Below are positions 37,901 to 53,033 of a stretch of 64,000 nucleotides of DNA, piece after piece. The DNA is from Lytechinus pictus (lineage: Eukaryota), in assembly GCF_037042905.1 (NCBI RefSeq), contig NC_087259.1, positions 16,306,001-16,370,000 on the forward strand. Reading direction: 5' to 3'. A program made the translations under genes and the position numbers. Numbering within the stretch: the first letter of the stretch is position 1; the number at the start of each line of letters is the position of its first letter. Under the pieces are notes generated by a model. The model had not been told where the DNA came from and made no database searches. It worked only from the letters and a program-made list of their open reading frames with translations.

Positions 37901-40900
37901 TACTAACGACAGACTGACAGAATGGATGTCTCCAACAAACCAGGGAATACCCTGCCTATTGATACAATCACACGAGCGAAACCGACTCCAGGGCCCCCTT
38001 GCATAAACGTTACTATTATATTAATTTTGCTATTCAATGGTATCCTTCATGGAATTATTTATTCTGATTGGCTGCTTAGCATTGTTACCATGGTAATTAC
38101 CATTGGATGGCAAAGTTACTTATGCAAAGGATCCAGACCGAAAAAAGCTATTACGTTATTACCAATTACATACCATTGGTCGGATTGGAGACAGTTTCAT
38201 TGGTGTGCATGTAGCAGTATGGCAACTAGCATAAAGGTAATCAGCATGGAAGCATAAGACTTCGTTCCTCCTAAGGAGAAGTTTACACTGACACTGGCGT
38301 TATATTGGTTTGAATTTAACATTAAAAGAAATAAACTTCTTGATGGAAGATTGTAAAATCAGTCAAGAAATAATACGGTTATGGGTTTTTAAATTATTAT
38401 TCTGTGACCTCACGTGCAATCAGATAACAATCCGTATATATATATGTATCATGAAATATGAATTCCATGAAATGCCGTATTCTCAGGAAATTGAATATGA
38501 TATTACATCTCCTATTCATCATATAATGAAACAATGTTTAAGAAAAAAAATTGTCGTCTATTTTAGTCCAAATGAACCATTGGATAATGAGAACGCATAT
38601 GAAATTCATATGAATATTTTCTGTTACCCTGTAGAAGTCTATATTATATTCAGGTAGACCGGATAGCTTCATCGGTATTCTGGTAAAAAAAAAGAAGTGT
38701 TTACATTGCTCAGCGATCAGCTACATGTAAGAATGAAATAAAAATCCGATCTTTTTGTGAACGATGAACCCGTTTTCCGTTAATAATATTTGATGATGAT
38801 GTAAATAAGTAAAAAATGGGTGTGAATTCCCAATTTCTTAAATGTGGGTTGCGAATTGGTTTACTTTCCACTTTAGAATAACGAGACGGAAAGTAACTGA
38901 TAAAAAAAGGGGAAAGAAGCAAGAAAAATCTATGAATCACCCAAACCCTATTTTTATTCGACAGCGACGATAATTTATGGTTATTCTATGGTTATCATAT
39001 ACAGTGATATGATAAACACACAAATCCCGTCGCACTATTAAACTGTCACTTACTTCCCCTGCCATTCTCAAAAGACAAGCCGCTCCATCACGGAATGCAG
39101 CTGAACGCACGATCTGCCGGTGATTATAAATTTGTCATGAACTTCACCAAATTTCATCCATCCTCCATGTTATTCCTGTAGTCCGTCGGGAATTGATGAT
39201 AGAATGACCGTGTCAACCACACAGGTTACACTGTACTCTAAATTCATTGTGTGAAGTTTATGATAATGAGTCCACCGGTTTTCACTCCGTAGAAGGGTAA
39301 TCATTTTCCCGAATTCAGAGCCTGTGGAGAAAGAAAAGACAACAGAGATAAAATTAAGGAAATAGAGTAAAATTGAAAGACGAATGTTAATTACACAAAA
39401 AATATCCGAAGATATGGAGGCCTATATAACCTCATGAACATGATATTTTACGATTCAATTTGATTTCTATAGTTGTGCATTGGGCCCTATCCGTTAGTCA
39501 GTTAGTGAAATTGAAACTGATTGTTCACTCAATCCTGTAAAACGAATATACAGTAAACCATGATAACATTGTTTGATAAAAGAGTTCAAGTGTTACATTC
39601 TTAAACTGCGATCAAGAATTAGATCCTTTAAAAAAAAAACATATTTGGCCATATCGCAGACATGGCAGTGTTCTCGGAGCATTTACCTGAGCGGTGATGG
39701 CTAGTTTTATACAACGAGGACCAGGCCATTGTACTCCTCAGTTGTACCTATTTTCACCATCAAACTTCTAGCATTCGTGTTAAAGAGAAGAAAAAGGGGG
39801 AGGAAAAAAAAAAATATGATGGACAGATAATGTTTGAGCCTGATGACAAATGTGAAGGATTATCAAGAGCTGGCTAAGTGGGCCTCACAAAATATATTTT
39901 TATGGCCCCATTGCGCCTGTTGATTTTTATCGCACTCCTGACACTAATTGCCCTTTGCTTATAAAAAAAAGTAAAAAATCCTAGCAAATGATTCCCTTTA
40001 AAAATCAATCATGTTGACTCGGTTTGCAGTGAAAATGATTCATGGATTAAATGTGGAACATGCGAATGGAGATTGCCGATGCCTCTTGAAAAAGGGAAAT
40101 AGACGGACATCCACTCACCATTAATAGAAAATGTATCATTTGGGAGGGCTGAAGGAGGGTTGGTTAGTGCACGGGTCCATGGTTAGTGACAACATATTGT
40201 GGAGGTAATACACGTATTTCTATTTGGACCGTAAGTCACTGTGTCGCTCCCCGACTGCACAATCAACAGTTGTCATTGGTTGTGGGAGGACTTTGTTTAT
40301 TGCGTGTTCAGAATTCATTGTTAATTCTGGTTATTTGTTAATAAAATATCTTTAACATTGCTATAATTGATTTAAAGAGTAGATTCGTGATTATTGTCCA
40401 GTTGTTTTTTGTATATACTGTAGTAGGTCTATATACGTTTGATATAATTCTTGAAGTTAATATCAATCCACAAGAATTGCAGTTGGGCTGAAGGAAAAAT
40501 CACAGACGATGATAGAAATGCAAACAGACATAAAGGCTAAGCAAACAATAAAACAATCATCATATTGGTCTTGTTCCAAACGGCTTTTATAATGGATCCT
40601 ATTTTGAGGATGCCATCTCAGAGTGATGTGAATTAAAGAAAATTCAGAGTAATATCCAGCCAAGAGTTCTGGCATCTTACGAAGAGCATTACCACCACAA
40701 GCGCTATTTATGACTATACCAAATTAAATTACCGAGGTATATAGGACAATAGGAGATAGTTTACTTCCAATATAATAAATGACAGTGAGAGGAATGGGTG
40801 TCTGAACTTATAATCATTGATCCCCGCAGCTTGAGGGCACATCGGGCATATTAAACTGCCCTTCCACATCCTCTTCCAAATTATATCCGACTCGTTGAGA

Positions 40901-42689
40901 AGCATCTATCCAATGGAACTGTCAAGAAAGAAAAGGGGCCGACCTGATGCGATTGATTAGCAAGGATATGAAACATGTTATCAAGAGAAAATTGCGGAAT
41001 CTCTTCTGACATCTACTGCTCTTCAATTCGATTCAGTCGCTTCCTTTGCCAAGATAATCTTTACCGGTGTCTCATATCCCAACGATGCCTAATGTCTTTA
41101 AGGTTTTGAAGATGTCTCCCACTTAGCCAAAACCTCAAGGAACCTTGTCCTTGAAGACTTCTTCCTTGTTCCCTTCTCGTATATCCTCTGAACAAGTAAT
41201 TTGATGTTAAGCAAAGTTGAACCGATGGAAACGTCTTAATTGGAGCACGTTTAAAGAAACATTCATCCAATTTTTATTAAAAATACATTAGTTACATAAA
41301 ATTTTAACACACGACTTCATTTACTTCTGAACAGGAGTGATTATGTAATAATTGAACTTTTCATTCGTCGCTTACTAATTGTAATTCAACTAATGTCTTT
41401 CTTCCTGTTGTGTGTTATGGAAGAACGTGCTACATCACCTGTTAGTCCTTAATCATTAATGACAAATGGTGGCGTAAATGTAGGGGATAGGGATACGGGG
41501 TACCTATTCAACATATCGTGATATTGTGACGAGAATTAAACAAACGAAAACGATAAAGATAAATGAAATACATTGTTTAAAGGCTTTTAAAATTTTGAAA
41601 ACTCTCAACGATCCAATCCCTATGCCACAATCGGCGAACCCGACTCACGATCAATTATTATTTTTGTACAATGACATACCATCTGTCGGTTTGGAGTCAC
41701 TGTTGTAACTGTAGGCCTGATCATAACAGTGTTTGTAGAATGGTACAAAATCATTAATACGAAGCCTTAAAATGCAGTTAAAGAGTTTAACCCCTTACCT
41801 ACTGGAACATGGTGGTTCCTATGGGAATCACAGAATTCAGTAGTAAATAGGTTAAGTGATTTAAAAAAATTACACGCAAATGAATCAACAGAAAGTATCT
41901 TTAACCTTCCAAAATTCCTGCAGAAATCATGGCAAATTGAAATTGCCGATTGGTCCAATGCCCACATTGTCTAACATGGTTTGTCCCTGAATTCAAGTTC
42001 TCTAAATACATCTTATGTGAACACAAATTTGCAACTCACCATCTTACATAGTTGTTGCCTAGAATGTAAACATGCCAGTTAGATCAGACACTTTGCACTC
42101 TAACAGAACACTTTTAATTCGCATGTTTGGCATTTTTTGTCGGCTAGCATTTTATAGAAAAGATGATGATAGAGAAAGATTGCTTGGTAGGTATATATTC
42201 CTTATATGCTTTTCACACTGTACTTTTTTCCTTAACTCCGGGAAATTGGTGGGGCTAAGGGGGGTCTTAGCCCCACCAATTTCAGAAATATTACGATACG
42301 TAGAGCCTAAACTGGAACAACCTCCAACAACAGGATCTAGCCCATTACCCCTCTGTTGATGCCTTCAACGCCTTCTTGAGTGGGATGCAGAAGTAAACAC
42401 CACAAACAAGAATGGTTTTACTTACAAACATGTATATATTCACACCTGCACAAGAACAAGAGCTTAATTTATTATGGAATAACAGTATGTGAAAAGTTCC
42501 ATACATAAGAAACACAACTAGTGCGTTTATTTTCATCTCCTTGAAGCAGCACTTACTCTGGAAGAATAACCGTCATTTTAATTCAATTTTTCTAGTTTTA
42601 CTCTCTATTCAACAGAATGAAACACGATTACCATGGCATACATGTTCTCTCCAGAAACGTCATACACTTCAATCGCCCTTGTTCTTTTA

Positions 42690-43123
42690 AGCCCCCATCA
42701 CACTTATTCCGAATCAAGCAGAATTGGCTGGAATGAAAGAACTATTGTTCGACCACCAGTTGGTCATTTAAATCTACTTCGAATACCGTTCGAAAATACG
42801 CCTCGAATGTTTTGAACATGACCAAAACCTTCGGGACGGCCAAAAGAAATGACAAAAATATTTCGAATGCACTCAGAATGCAGTCAGGATATTTAGAATG
42901 CGCCTAGAATGTCCAAGAATGTAGCACTAATTATCAATATGACTCCATTGCGGTTCATTTTGACTAGTGTATGATGATTCACCTCGTCAATTTACTGAAT
43001 TTCAACTCAACTAGTTTGGTGAATTCATAAGTTCCTCCCAAAAATGTCTAGATTTTTTGAATATTTTTTTCGTTCCAGCTTCTGCTTGATTTCTGCTGAT
43101 TCCGAATAAGTGTGATGGGGGCT
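42690..43123. mobile_element. PIF/Harbinger-like MITE
   Basis: TIR AGCCCCCATCACACTTATT / AATAAGTGTGATGGGGGCT, with TTA on both flanks. Confidence 0.85.
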
Positions 43124-45113
43124 TTAGATTCTTACCAAAGCAAAGAGGATGATTATGCATTTCTCCAGGTGTTGAATGAAAGCCTGGCAGCTTTAGCCGC
43201 CCAATATCTTGAGATTTCCAGCCCTGATGTTTTCCTGTGTAACATTCTTGTATTTCCGAAAATTCGTCAACAGTGACATATTTACGTCTGCAAACGGGTT
43301 ATTTTCATGTATCTGAAATGCCACGTTAGGTACGTATGGAAGACATGTGGCTTATATGCAATTTGCAGGAAAGAGAAGACAATAGAAGATGATGTTGACA
43401 TCTAAGGAAGATTATTGAGACCTGGAGGAATTGGGAACAAAAGAGAGTGTGGGTGGTCTTCTAGGTTCGCGGCATGATTTGGCAGAAATAGACCAAACTC
43501 AATCCGATCCGGCCATCTGTACTTTCGAATATCATTTGAATTCGATGAAAAGAGGCACAATCTTTCCAATCCCATAATTTGTGATTTGAAGTATTGATTA
43601 AATTGGAAGGTAAGATACATGCTCAACAATCCAACAATATCAAGATGTAAGAAAGTTGTTGTAAAATAAGGCGTATTATTGTTTCAAATGGCATTTCACA
43701 CTGTGATTACACCAGGAATTAGTCTTACTAACATATCCCTGAACAAACCAAGGATCGTACTTAGTATCTGGGGGTATTTATGATTTTTACAAATATGGAA
43801 ATGTGACCCCCCAAAAAAAAAAAAAAAAAAACTGGCCAAGCCATTGTGCTAGTAGCGGATCTGGTAATTTAACCAAGTAATAATTTTTTTATAGATAAAG
43901 TGGATTTGATCAGTTGCTTGTTTATTTTTATTATAAAAGCGTGCACTGTCAATATGACGTGAGTGCGGGTGTGTTTGTGGGAGGGGTGTAATTACATTTT
44001 TACAGACGTGTATTAATCAGATATCATTATCTGCGCCTAGGACCGAACTTTCACCGTCCGAAAAAAAAAAATAAACGTGAATGACTCGAACCTCGTGCTA
44101 GCAAATCGTAATTTAGCCTACGTAGCTTGGTTTCCAGGGGGACGCCACAGGTCCCGTTGACACCAGCCTTCATGTATTTTAAACACCGTGGTAGGCCTTT
44201 TCATACACGGCAAACTGACAAGTTCATTCTAGGATTTCGACCATGAGTTATTAATGGCCATGATGCAAACTTAATCCACTCACCCCGACCTTTACCGCAG
44301 CCTACGCCCAACGAGCTGAAAAAACCCTCCCCGAATATATTGGAATATCAGGCACGTGATTTTAGGAAAAACAAAATCATAATGACATTGCCAGCTGACT
44401 AAACTGGTCAGCCGTGTTATCATAATTATCCATTTTTGACACCGGAGCGTCCAAATATTGTATCGGACCCAATTTCTGGATAATTTCCTCGAATAGCAGG
44501 TGGGAGACTCCGTATCCAACTTGTCAGCAGAGATCTAAGATGCATTCATCATCGGTGTGGGTAAAATGCCAGGAGGGGGTTCCGGACCATTGGGCTTCTT
44601 GGTTGGTCCAGAAGCACGCCTACATTTGACAATGTTGTCTTTAAATCATATACCAATGATGTACGAATAGAGTCCAGTAAAAAAATCAATGATGTGTGTA
44701 TGAAAACGAGGAAGAGAAGAAATATGGGCAGGGGTGACGAATAGTGACTGCATAGAGCAGTCTATAAACGTACATGTTTGTACTTAAGTTGATAGAAAGC
44801 TATTGCATACATTTTGCATTTTCGATAAACAAACATATCACGATTAATTAAAGCATTTTTATTTGTCACAGCCTGTTCAGCTTTGTGTAGAAAATTGTCA
44901 TATTGAAATTTGATTATGAATCGAACATTGAGGTTAAAATAGCTCGATTTCTGTTTAAAGATTCATTCGAAACAACTACTGTGATCTTAATCAGTTTTTT
45001 TTTGGTAAATCATGTACGAATATAGTTGAGATCATGGTTTGAGGGGATATCAGATGGGCTCATATTAGGGGAGTATGGTGATGTGTTTGTACGTGTGGAG
45101 AGAGATAGAGACT

Positions 45114-45427
45114 GAGGCCCGTATTCTGAGGTCAGGTTTAACTTAAACTCAGGTTTTAAGTTGTGGTTTAAGTATGGATAGCCAATTGTTACATTAATCA
45201 CTAACAGTAGAGATGTAATATTTCAGCTAATTTGGCTCTCAAATCATTCATAATTGTCTAGGAAGTATAAATAGATGGTTGCCTTCACCATCGATGAATC
45301 AGGAAAGAGCACAGTAAACGTAAGAAACATACAACTTAATAAAAAAATTGACACTTTTGGCTTTCCATAATTTTAGCACAGAGCTAGACCATGGTCTAAG
45401 TTAAACCTGACTTCAGAATACGGACCT
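45114..45427. mobile_element. MITE
   Basis: AGGCCCGTATTCTGAGGTCAGGTTTAACTTA / TAAGTTAAACCTGACTTCAGAATACGGACCT. Degenerate copy from ~57890. Confidence 0.8.
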
Positions 45428-48400
45428 GTGTGTGTAGGTGGGGTGCGTGTATGTGTGTATTTGTGACAGAGGGAGTGATGAAGTTAGAACGAGAGGTATA
45501 GGAAGGGGGCAGAAACATAATTATTTCATGTTTGTCTTAGAACAGGATAGGACCTAACTATGGCCCCTGAAGAACATCCGCTTGATTGATTGATTACTGA
45601 AAATGGCATCCACTGTGAGTGACATGTGTCGAAATCCATGAACTACTTATTTTTGTCCCGATTTTGTCTATCAATAAACTTTTCAAGTAGATGTTATTTA
45701 ATAAATTTAGAAGGCAAGTAAATTAGTTCACGAACCTCGATATGCCACACAAAATGAATATTCAATTTGAATTTGAATCATTTCATGTATAATTATGGGG
45801 GGGGGGGGAAGAAATATTCGTAGCCTATGAATTGTAAGGTAAGACTATTCATTAATCCGATTTTTTTTTAACAACAACAAGTGCACACCTACTTACCATA
45901 ATAATAATGCATATAGCATTTCCATTTATTTGAAAGCAGGATAAAAGAGTATTGCATATTGAATGCCTTGCTCACGGGCATAGGTTCCGCAGCTGGGGAT
46001 CGAACCCCGGACTTCTTTCATATCCAAGATCGATTCCAAATATCTTCACCGGCCCAATCTCTGATTAAGTTTATCGAAAACATGTCGAAAAAAGGGGCAG
46101 AAATTTGATTATGATGTCTGAGTATAAATTTAGAAATGACAACGGCCACTCCACCAATTAAACAGTGAAACATATTGGTGACAGATCAATTTCTGTCTTG
46201 TCATCTTCTTGAAAAGAATCAAAGAAAAAGAAGAAAATACTGGATACAAAAAACGAAACAATGGAACACATACTCTTTGTTGAAGGCTAATGTCAAAATC
46301 TTATTTTGGGGAACCCCCAGGGGTGCTTCTCAATAATGACAAGTGCTTAATAAAAATTGACAGGACTCACTGTGCTTCAAACTATATATCCTGCCGGGGA
46401 AGGAATAAAGATTATTTTTATAACAATGTATGCGATCGGTATCTTGTTGAATATGTTGCGATAATGTCCTAAATGTGAGGGCAACCGTAGTTTTTAAACG
46501 GATAATGTTGAAGATTACATCTGATTTAATTATGGCTGTGAATGGATCTCTGTGAGAGATGAAGTTAGGAGCGAAAGAACGATGGTTCTGGGAATAATTA
46601 CGACAGCTTTATCAAGAAATCAGTTATTAAATACCCATGTATCGTATGCAGACTTTTCGACGACGACTTTCAGAAGTAATGTGTTGTCATCAATATCTCG
46701 TCTTTTTTAGTTAGAAATCACTTCCAAAATGTAATCAAAAATTCAGAAGCCATGTTTAGCATTTAAAATGATGAGATAGTGATTCAAATATTTTGTTGAT
46801 TAGGGTTTGATATACATGTAGTTTCCATAAGTTCAAACTTCGGTTAATAAATAAAAGTGTAAATTTTAACACACTGATTGCTTTATCTATACTCATCAGC
46901 TAAGATGATATTTTTGTTTGATACCATTCATNNNNNNNNNNNNNNNNNNNNNNNNNNNNNNNNNNNNNNNNNNNNNNNNNNNNNNNNNNNNNNNNNNNNN
47001 NNNNNNNNNNNNNNNNNNNNNNNNNNNNNNNNNNNNNNNNNNNNNNNNNNNNNNNNNNNNNNNNNNNNNNNNNNNNNNNNNNNNNNNNNNNNNNNNNNNN
47101 NNNNNNNNNNNNNNNNNNNNNNNNNNNNNNNNNNNNNNNNNNNNNNNNNNNNNNNNNNNNNNNNNNNNNNNNNNNNNNNNNNNNNNNNNNNNNNNNNNNN
47201 NNNNNNNNNNNNNNNNNNNNNNNNNNNNNNNNNNNNNNNNNNNNNNNNNNNNNNNNNNNNNNNNNNNNNNNNNNNNNNNNNNNNNNNNNNNNNNNNNNNN
47301 NNNNNNNNNNNNNNNNNNNNNNNNNNNNNNNNNNNNNNNNNNNNNNNNNNNNNNNNNNNNNNNNNNNNNNNNNNNNNNNNNNNNNNNNNNNNNNNNNNNN
47401 NNNNNNNNNNNNNNNNNNNNNNNNNNNNNNNNNNNNNNNNTCTATCACAATAATGTCTCCAAGCTCTAAAGAAAATAGATGGACTTGGCAGATAAAGGAT
47501 TTTAAGTCAAAAGACATAATAGTTTGAAATGCAAGTAGGTACATGATTTAATTTTATTTCCCCATTTCAAAATGAGGTTGGCATTAAAAATATTTGCATA
47601 ATGCAGACATGTTTATTTCAGGCGGAGTTGTCCGTTTTCCGTTGACCTTTCAAATTAGCGAATTCATCCGCTCTCTTCGCCGAGATTTATTCATCTTTCA
47701 TCGTTCTAAAGGACATTTGTCCATTCTGGGAAGATAATAATTTCGTTACATCTTCATTTAAGCCACTATGATTGGTATATCACAAAATGGGCAATTGCCA
47801 TAAAACGACCGAATGCATTTATGTTTCGTAAATAACAAATACATAAGTTTTTGTTCGAAATTACAATTTAGAACAACAAAAGATGGAATGCAGCTCGTCA
47901 AAATACGAGGATAGGGTCGGTGTAATTAAACATGATTAAGACATCCAATTATGTAATAGCACTCTCTGGCATTACGGTATGATGCGTCAGGTGGGGCCAG
48001 ACGCTAGATATGACCGATTCGATGATGATTTGAATACTACGGAGAAGTTGAGTGTTTAGAGTACGGCAATGCCTTTTATCTATTTTGATCAATGAAAATA
48101 ACATGCAACCTTCCTTACGTTTTCAGTTTTAAATGAACTTGCACTCACCCGAACGTTTAATGATATATTACCTTCTCTCTTTATCTTACCGTGGTTCTCG
48201 CATTTGTGGCTGACGTTGTCAAGATTAAAGAAGACCTGTATCATACCGACACTGGCACATTTAGATTTTTTTTAAATCCAATTATAGTCAAAATGATTGA
48301 CTAAAGATTAAAAAAAAACCTTAATACAAAGCTTCACTCTAAGAATATTGAAAGTACAGTGAACATGCATGTTTGTTGCGTTGATTTGTCCCATAATAAT

Positions 48401-48974
48401 TTGGAAAATGAAAATTTGCGGGTAGCATTTTAAGAAAATGAGTTTTGTGTCAGTCTGTCCTTGCCCTATTTCCCAGTCGAAATATGGCTGCATTGTTTTT
48501 AGAGAGAAAACAAATTAGAAATACATTTCATTGATAGAGTTTGAATATTTATTTTGAATTAAACGACCCATAACTCTGTATCGTTGACTAACCTCTGCTA
48601 TTGTGTTACTAATGAGATATAAGTATCCCAGTCCTAACAATGTATTTCCTTCATATCAAAGGGAATACGGAACCCTCGAATATCCAGATGTTTTTAGCCT
48701 TAATCACCGGAGGACTGTCAAAATTAATTTTTAGGACTTCCCCTCGAATTTGCCTCATACCGCAAGAAAAAAAAAGAAAAATTGAGAAAAATTCTAAATG
48801 TGTGCACCAGATGTGCGAAATAAAGGTATAAATGAACTTGAGAGGGACACAAAGATAATGAGCAGAAGGTACCTAGTTTCCGGTTCATGGGACCTAAAAC
48901 AATAATATCTTGCAGAAAGCCCTATAAACTTTGATCATTTAAAGTTTCATCAATTTAGAGCGACTTTTCTATTA

Positions 48975-49302
48975 AATAATAATAATGATAATAATACGAA
49001 TTATAATGATAATGATAATAATAATAATAATAGGCATTTATACAGCGCCATCTATCTAGAAAAAATCTATTCCTAGGCATATTGCTATTATTATTATTAC
49101 CCCGGCTTTAGATCGAGTTGTCTTTCAGCGCTCAGCGCATTCAAGGAATAAATCATGCCGGGTACCCATTCACCTAACCTGGGTTGAGTGCGGCACAATG
49201 TGGGTAAATATCTTGATGAAGGAATACACGCCATGGCTGGGATTCAAACCCACGTTCCCTGATTGAAAGACGAGAGTCGTAACCACTAGAATACGTGGCC
49301 CC
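48975..49302 (-). mobile_element. tRNA-derived SINE (same family as 54815-55090)
   Basis: Reverse-complement similarity to the 54815 copy, with an (AAT)n tail on the + strand. Confidence 0.8.
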
Positions 49303-52300
49303 ACATGAATTTAACTGGCGTTGTTACAGTTGGTTCAGGCTTCAAAGTACTTTTTTTGCATTTTTTTTCAGAGAGAAAAGGTTACTCTCGAAAATTTTCT
49401 ATGACCTTTCGGCATATGTTCTTTCCTACGGTAGGCCTTTTTCGTTTTTATCGGATAATTCTAAGACTTTAGGATAATATGCATGTATATGGAGGAATGG
49501 AGTAAGTCAACATTGTGTAGATAATTCCAGTTTGATTCAGACCTTTTTGCTTTTCGTAAGCAGGATTTCTATTAAAAAAATTGCATTATCAATTGAAATG
49601 TATGTTTGATATATATATATAATGACTATGAGCTCCACACGATGTCAAAATTTCTAAGTATATGGAAAGGCCAGATGAATGTGGATGGCACTTTGTTTTT
49701 ATTATTTTGTTCACGTTATTAACAATTTACAACATCATTTCCAGGATTTTATCACCTGCATAGTTAAAAAAAATATGCTTCTACAAAGGATTGGACAAAA
49801 GATACATATATATTAGAATTCAAGTTTTAATAAAAGAATGCACCCCTTCAACCTAATTGGAATATGTTTTTTTTATTTTTTACGTGCTCTATCTGTCAGG
49901 TCGGGAAAACTCATCACTTGCGACACGCGCACGCACGCGCCCACACACGCATAGGTTGACGCAAACACCGTAACGTTATGCTCTGGTAGACGGGCACCAT
50001 CGCGGTCTAATCCGTCAACGGGCGTACTTACTCATTGGCGAGCTGCATGCCCCATGTATCTGCGGTTAATTAAGCGCACACGCGAGATCCCCCACAAGAC
50101 ATGAATGGATGAATTATGAAGAAGTGAAAAAAAAAAACTAAAGCAACAATAATAACAAAGTATCACAGCATCTTCAGGAATGCATCTTTCTTATAGGGAA
50201 CTTGCACTGAATGGCAAGTCCTTCTATCACTGAAGTGATCTAAGAATTAGCAAAAATCAACGCAGATTTGCCTCCAAAATGCTAGGTGTCACCCTTCACA
50301 TTCGAAATTCATGAAAAAAAGATGATGTACTAACTAATTCGTTGAAATGCATGAACACTGCTCGTAGTAAACCTTTGGTGACAAAATGATATGATTATTT
50401 CTGGACAAGTTTTATCTGTAAGATTTAATTTCTGTACTTGGTGAATGAATTTTAATTGCGGTACACTTAACCATTCCTTCAAGAATATACCAAATAACTT
50501 CTTTTTTATTATTGTGAAATTTTGCCTTGATGACTCGGGGTATAATGACGATAAATACTATTACACATTTCCCATCATATTTGCCGATAGGAAGACACCA
50601 TGCATCTTAATATGACACGAGTCCTGTAACCTGTTTGTATTAATATTATGTCTCATATTGACTGTTAAAAATCATATATCATTCAGGAAATTATTTGTAT
50701 TTTTTCAAACACAGAATTCTTTATACGGATTCCACAATAAGTGAACACAAATAAAGAAATGATGCAGAATGATTAACCAGAAAGGAAATTATGATGGATA
50801 TGATCTAGAGCATTGGGACCCTCTTCATTTGGTTGGAACAGTTCCAGGATAAAAAATTCCTAAGAATGTTTATCCCTTGCTATTTCATGCAGACGCAAGA
50901 CATTACACAGCAAATATCGCACATCTGCGTCACATGTGGCGTCGACTCTGCCTCGTTAACTGGTCATTGAAGAGGATGCACAATGGAGACGAGTGTAGGC
51001 ATCAGGTCATCTTGGACTTATTAAGACTACAATCTGTTGAAGTTCGCTATCCTTCATGATACATCTGCGATCTCTATGACCATCCTGGATGCAGTCGGAA
51101 CCAAATTCGGCCGATTATCGTAATCAAGACATGTCTGCTCTCACAGTCACACCAAGAAAGCCACCAAACCGATCACAACTATCATGTCATTTCGAAAGGC
51201 ATATCATCGGTCGGTTTGGAGTCGGTTGTGACTGCAGCATATGCAGAAGATGTCACAAAGGAAAATGACAGGGGGTGGAGAGGGGGAAAAAAATAGAGAG
51301 AAAGGGGCAGGTGTGAAATTTTATTTATATATATATATACGAATTCAAAATGCTTCACGTATTGGCATTAAATGAATGATGACTCTGACGAATTGAATGC
51401 CAATTGCCCAAATGATTTTATTCTCCAAATATTTATAGGCCCTATTTATATCGCTTATCATATTTTAAATACATTGCCTCCTAGTTTTCTCCGACGATGA
51501 CACGTCAGTGTCGTGTTATAGTAAAAAAAGCGTTCCCATCTTGAAGAATTAACCCGTTCTTCAGGGTATGGAACTCAATATCCGCCACGGGAATCAAACA
51601 CCGGTTCACAATTAACCTCTGCTTAACCGGTCAGAGCTCAAATAAACCGAATATCGGATAGCCAATGCAGACGCGTGTACACATTAGGTTTTCAAGAGGG
51701 CATAATGGGATGTTCGTACGTGAACATGAATCATATAGTGTAGGTGTGTGTGGGTGGGTGTGTGTGTGTGCGTTCGTGTGATTTTTTTAGTGTGCAGACT
51801 GAAGGAAGTAACTTGCTATTTGTTTTTATTAAAAATTATGTTAAAAAGGTCTGGTAATATATATGCTTTTTGTTATGGCAAAAAAAACTTGTATTCACTA
51901 ACTAAAAAGAACCTTCGCCCTTTGAATCTCTTTATTATTCCCTTTTTTAGGCTTTCGATATCGAGTTTATTGATTGTCATATTCGTTAGTTTTAACACAT
52001 GCCATGTTTTGTATGTTGTTATAGGAAATTGATAGTCTTCTATAAGTGATGTTGATGAATTCAATTGAATCTATTAGAACGTCACTGGCATTCGCCAATA
52101 TTTGGTTCAAAACAAGAAGTACAAAATAATACAAAACAAATATACAATTCAAGGAATATAAGCAGATAAACAAAAACAAAATAGTTTTTCGTCAAAAAGA
52201 GAAACAACTTATGTCTAAGTAAATAATTCCAAAAATTCCAAAAATTGAAAAATAGAAAAATAAAACGAAAGTACGTGTGTGTGTGACAGGAGGGTGGGTG

Positions 52301-52865
52301 GGTGTGTCACTTCATACCTCTTAGCCTGCACAGCTAGTCCAGCAATCTAGATGTTTCTAGTTTTGCTATCAACAGATCAGATGCGAATTTATATATCTAT
52401 TGATGATATATGTTTCGACTATTTAAAACAAGCGTCTAGTCTGCATGGTCTGTAATTGCAGTGTAGTTTTACTTTGGGCCTTACGGATGACAACAATGTA
52501 ATAAAATACATTTATCATACACATGTATGTGATGGTGATGACCAATACCCCATCCAATAGCCCGGAACAGGACTCTTACCAAAGCAAGTCATATGTATAA
52601 CAATATTACAAGTATTAGGCAGAGTAGAATACATAGAAAAAACATGAACTTCATACAGAAAATGACCTTAGCTGAGTTGAATATATACATGTAAGCCCAA
52701 TGTTACCTTTAGGAGATGATTGTATAGGCAGTACAAAAGCCACTTAGCATGCTTAGGCATGGTCGTGATATTAGGGTCTCCTTCATAATGGTTGCGTGTA
52801 GGGAATTTCCTAATTTTCAACCATTATGTCATCATGCCAGTCAATGACCTGCCTAAAGATACCAG

Positions 52866-53033
52866 GTGGGTGTTTCATAAAGCTGTTCGTAAGATACAAA
52901 TGACTTTACGCACGACTGTTGACCCTTCTTGTGCTAGATGATACATCCCTATGTCATTCTAGGACATAAGATCATGTTCCAGTCGTTCGTAAAGTTGTGC
53001 GTAACTTAACGAGCAGCTTTATGAAACACCCAC
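52866..53033. mobile_element. Short palindromic MITE (Harbinger-like, CAG TSD)
   Basis: GTGGGTGTTTCATAAAGCTG / CAGCTTTATGAAACACCCAC flanked by CAG. Diverged copy at ~36853-37022. Confidence 0.82.

Noticed and set aside
44390-44620. Minus-strand frame with an internal TGA after Cys (possible selenocysteine or pseudo-exon)
   Set aside because: No recognisable homology, no SECIS and no good splice sites.
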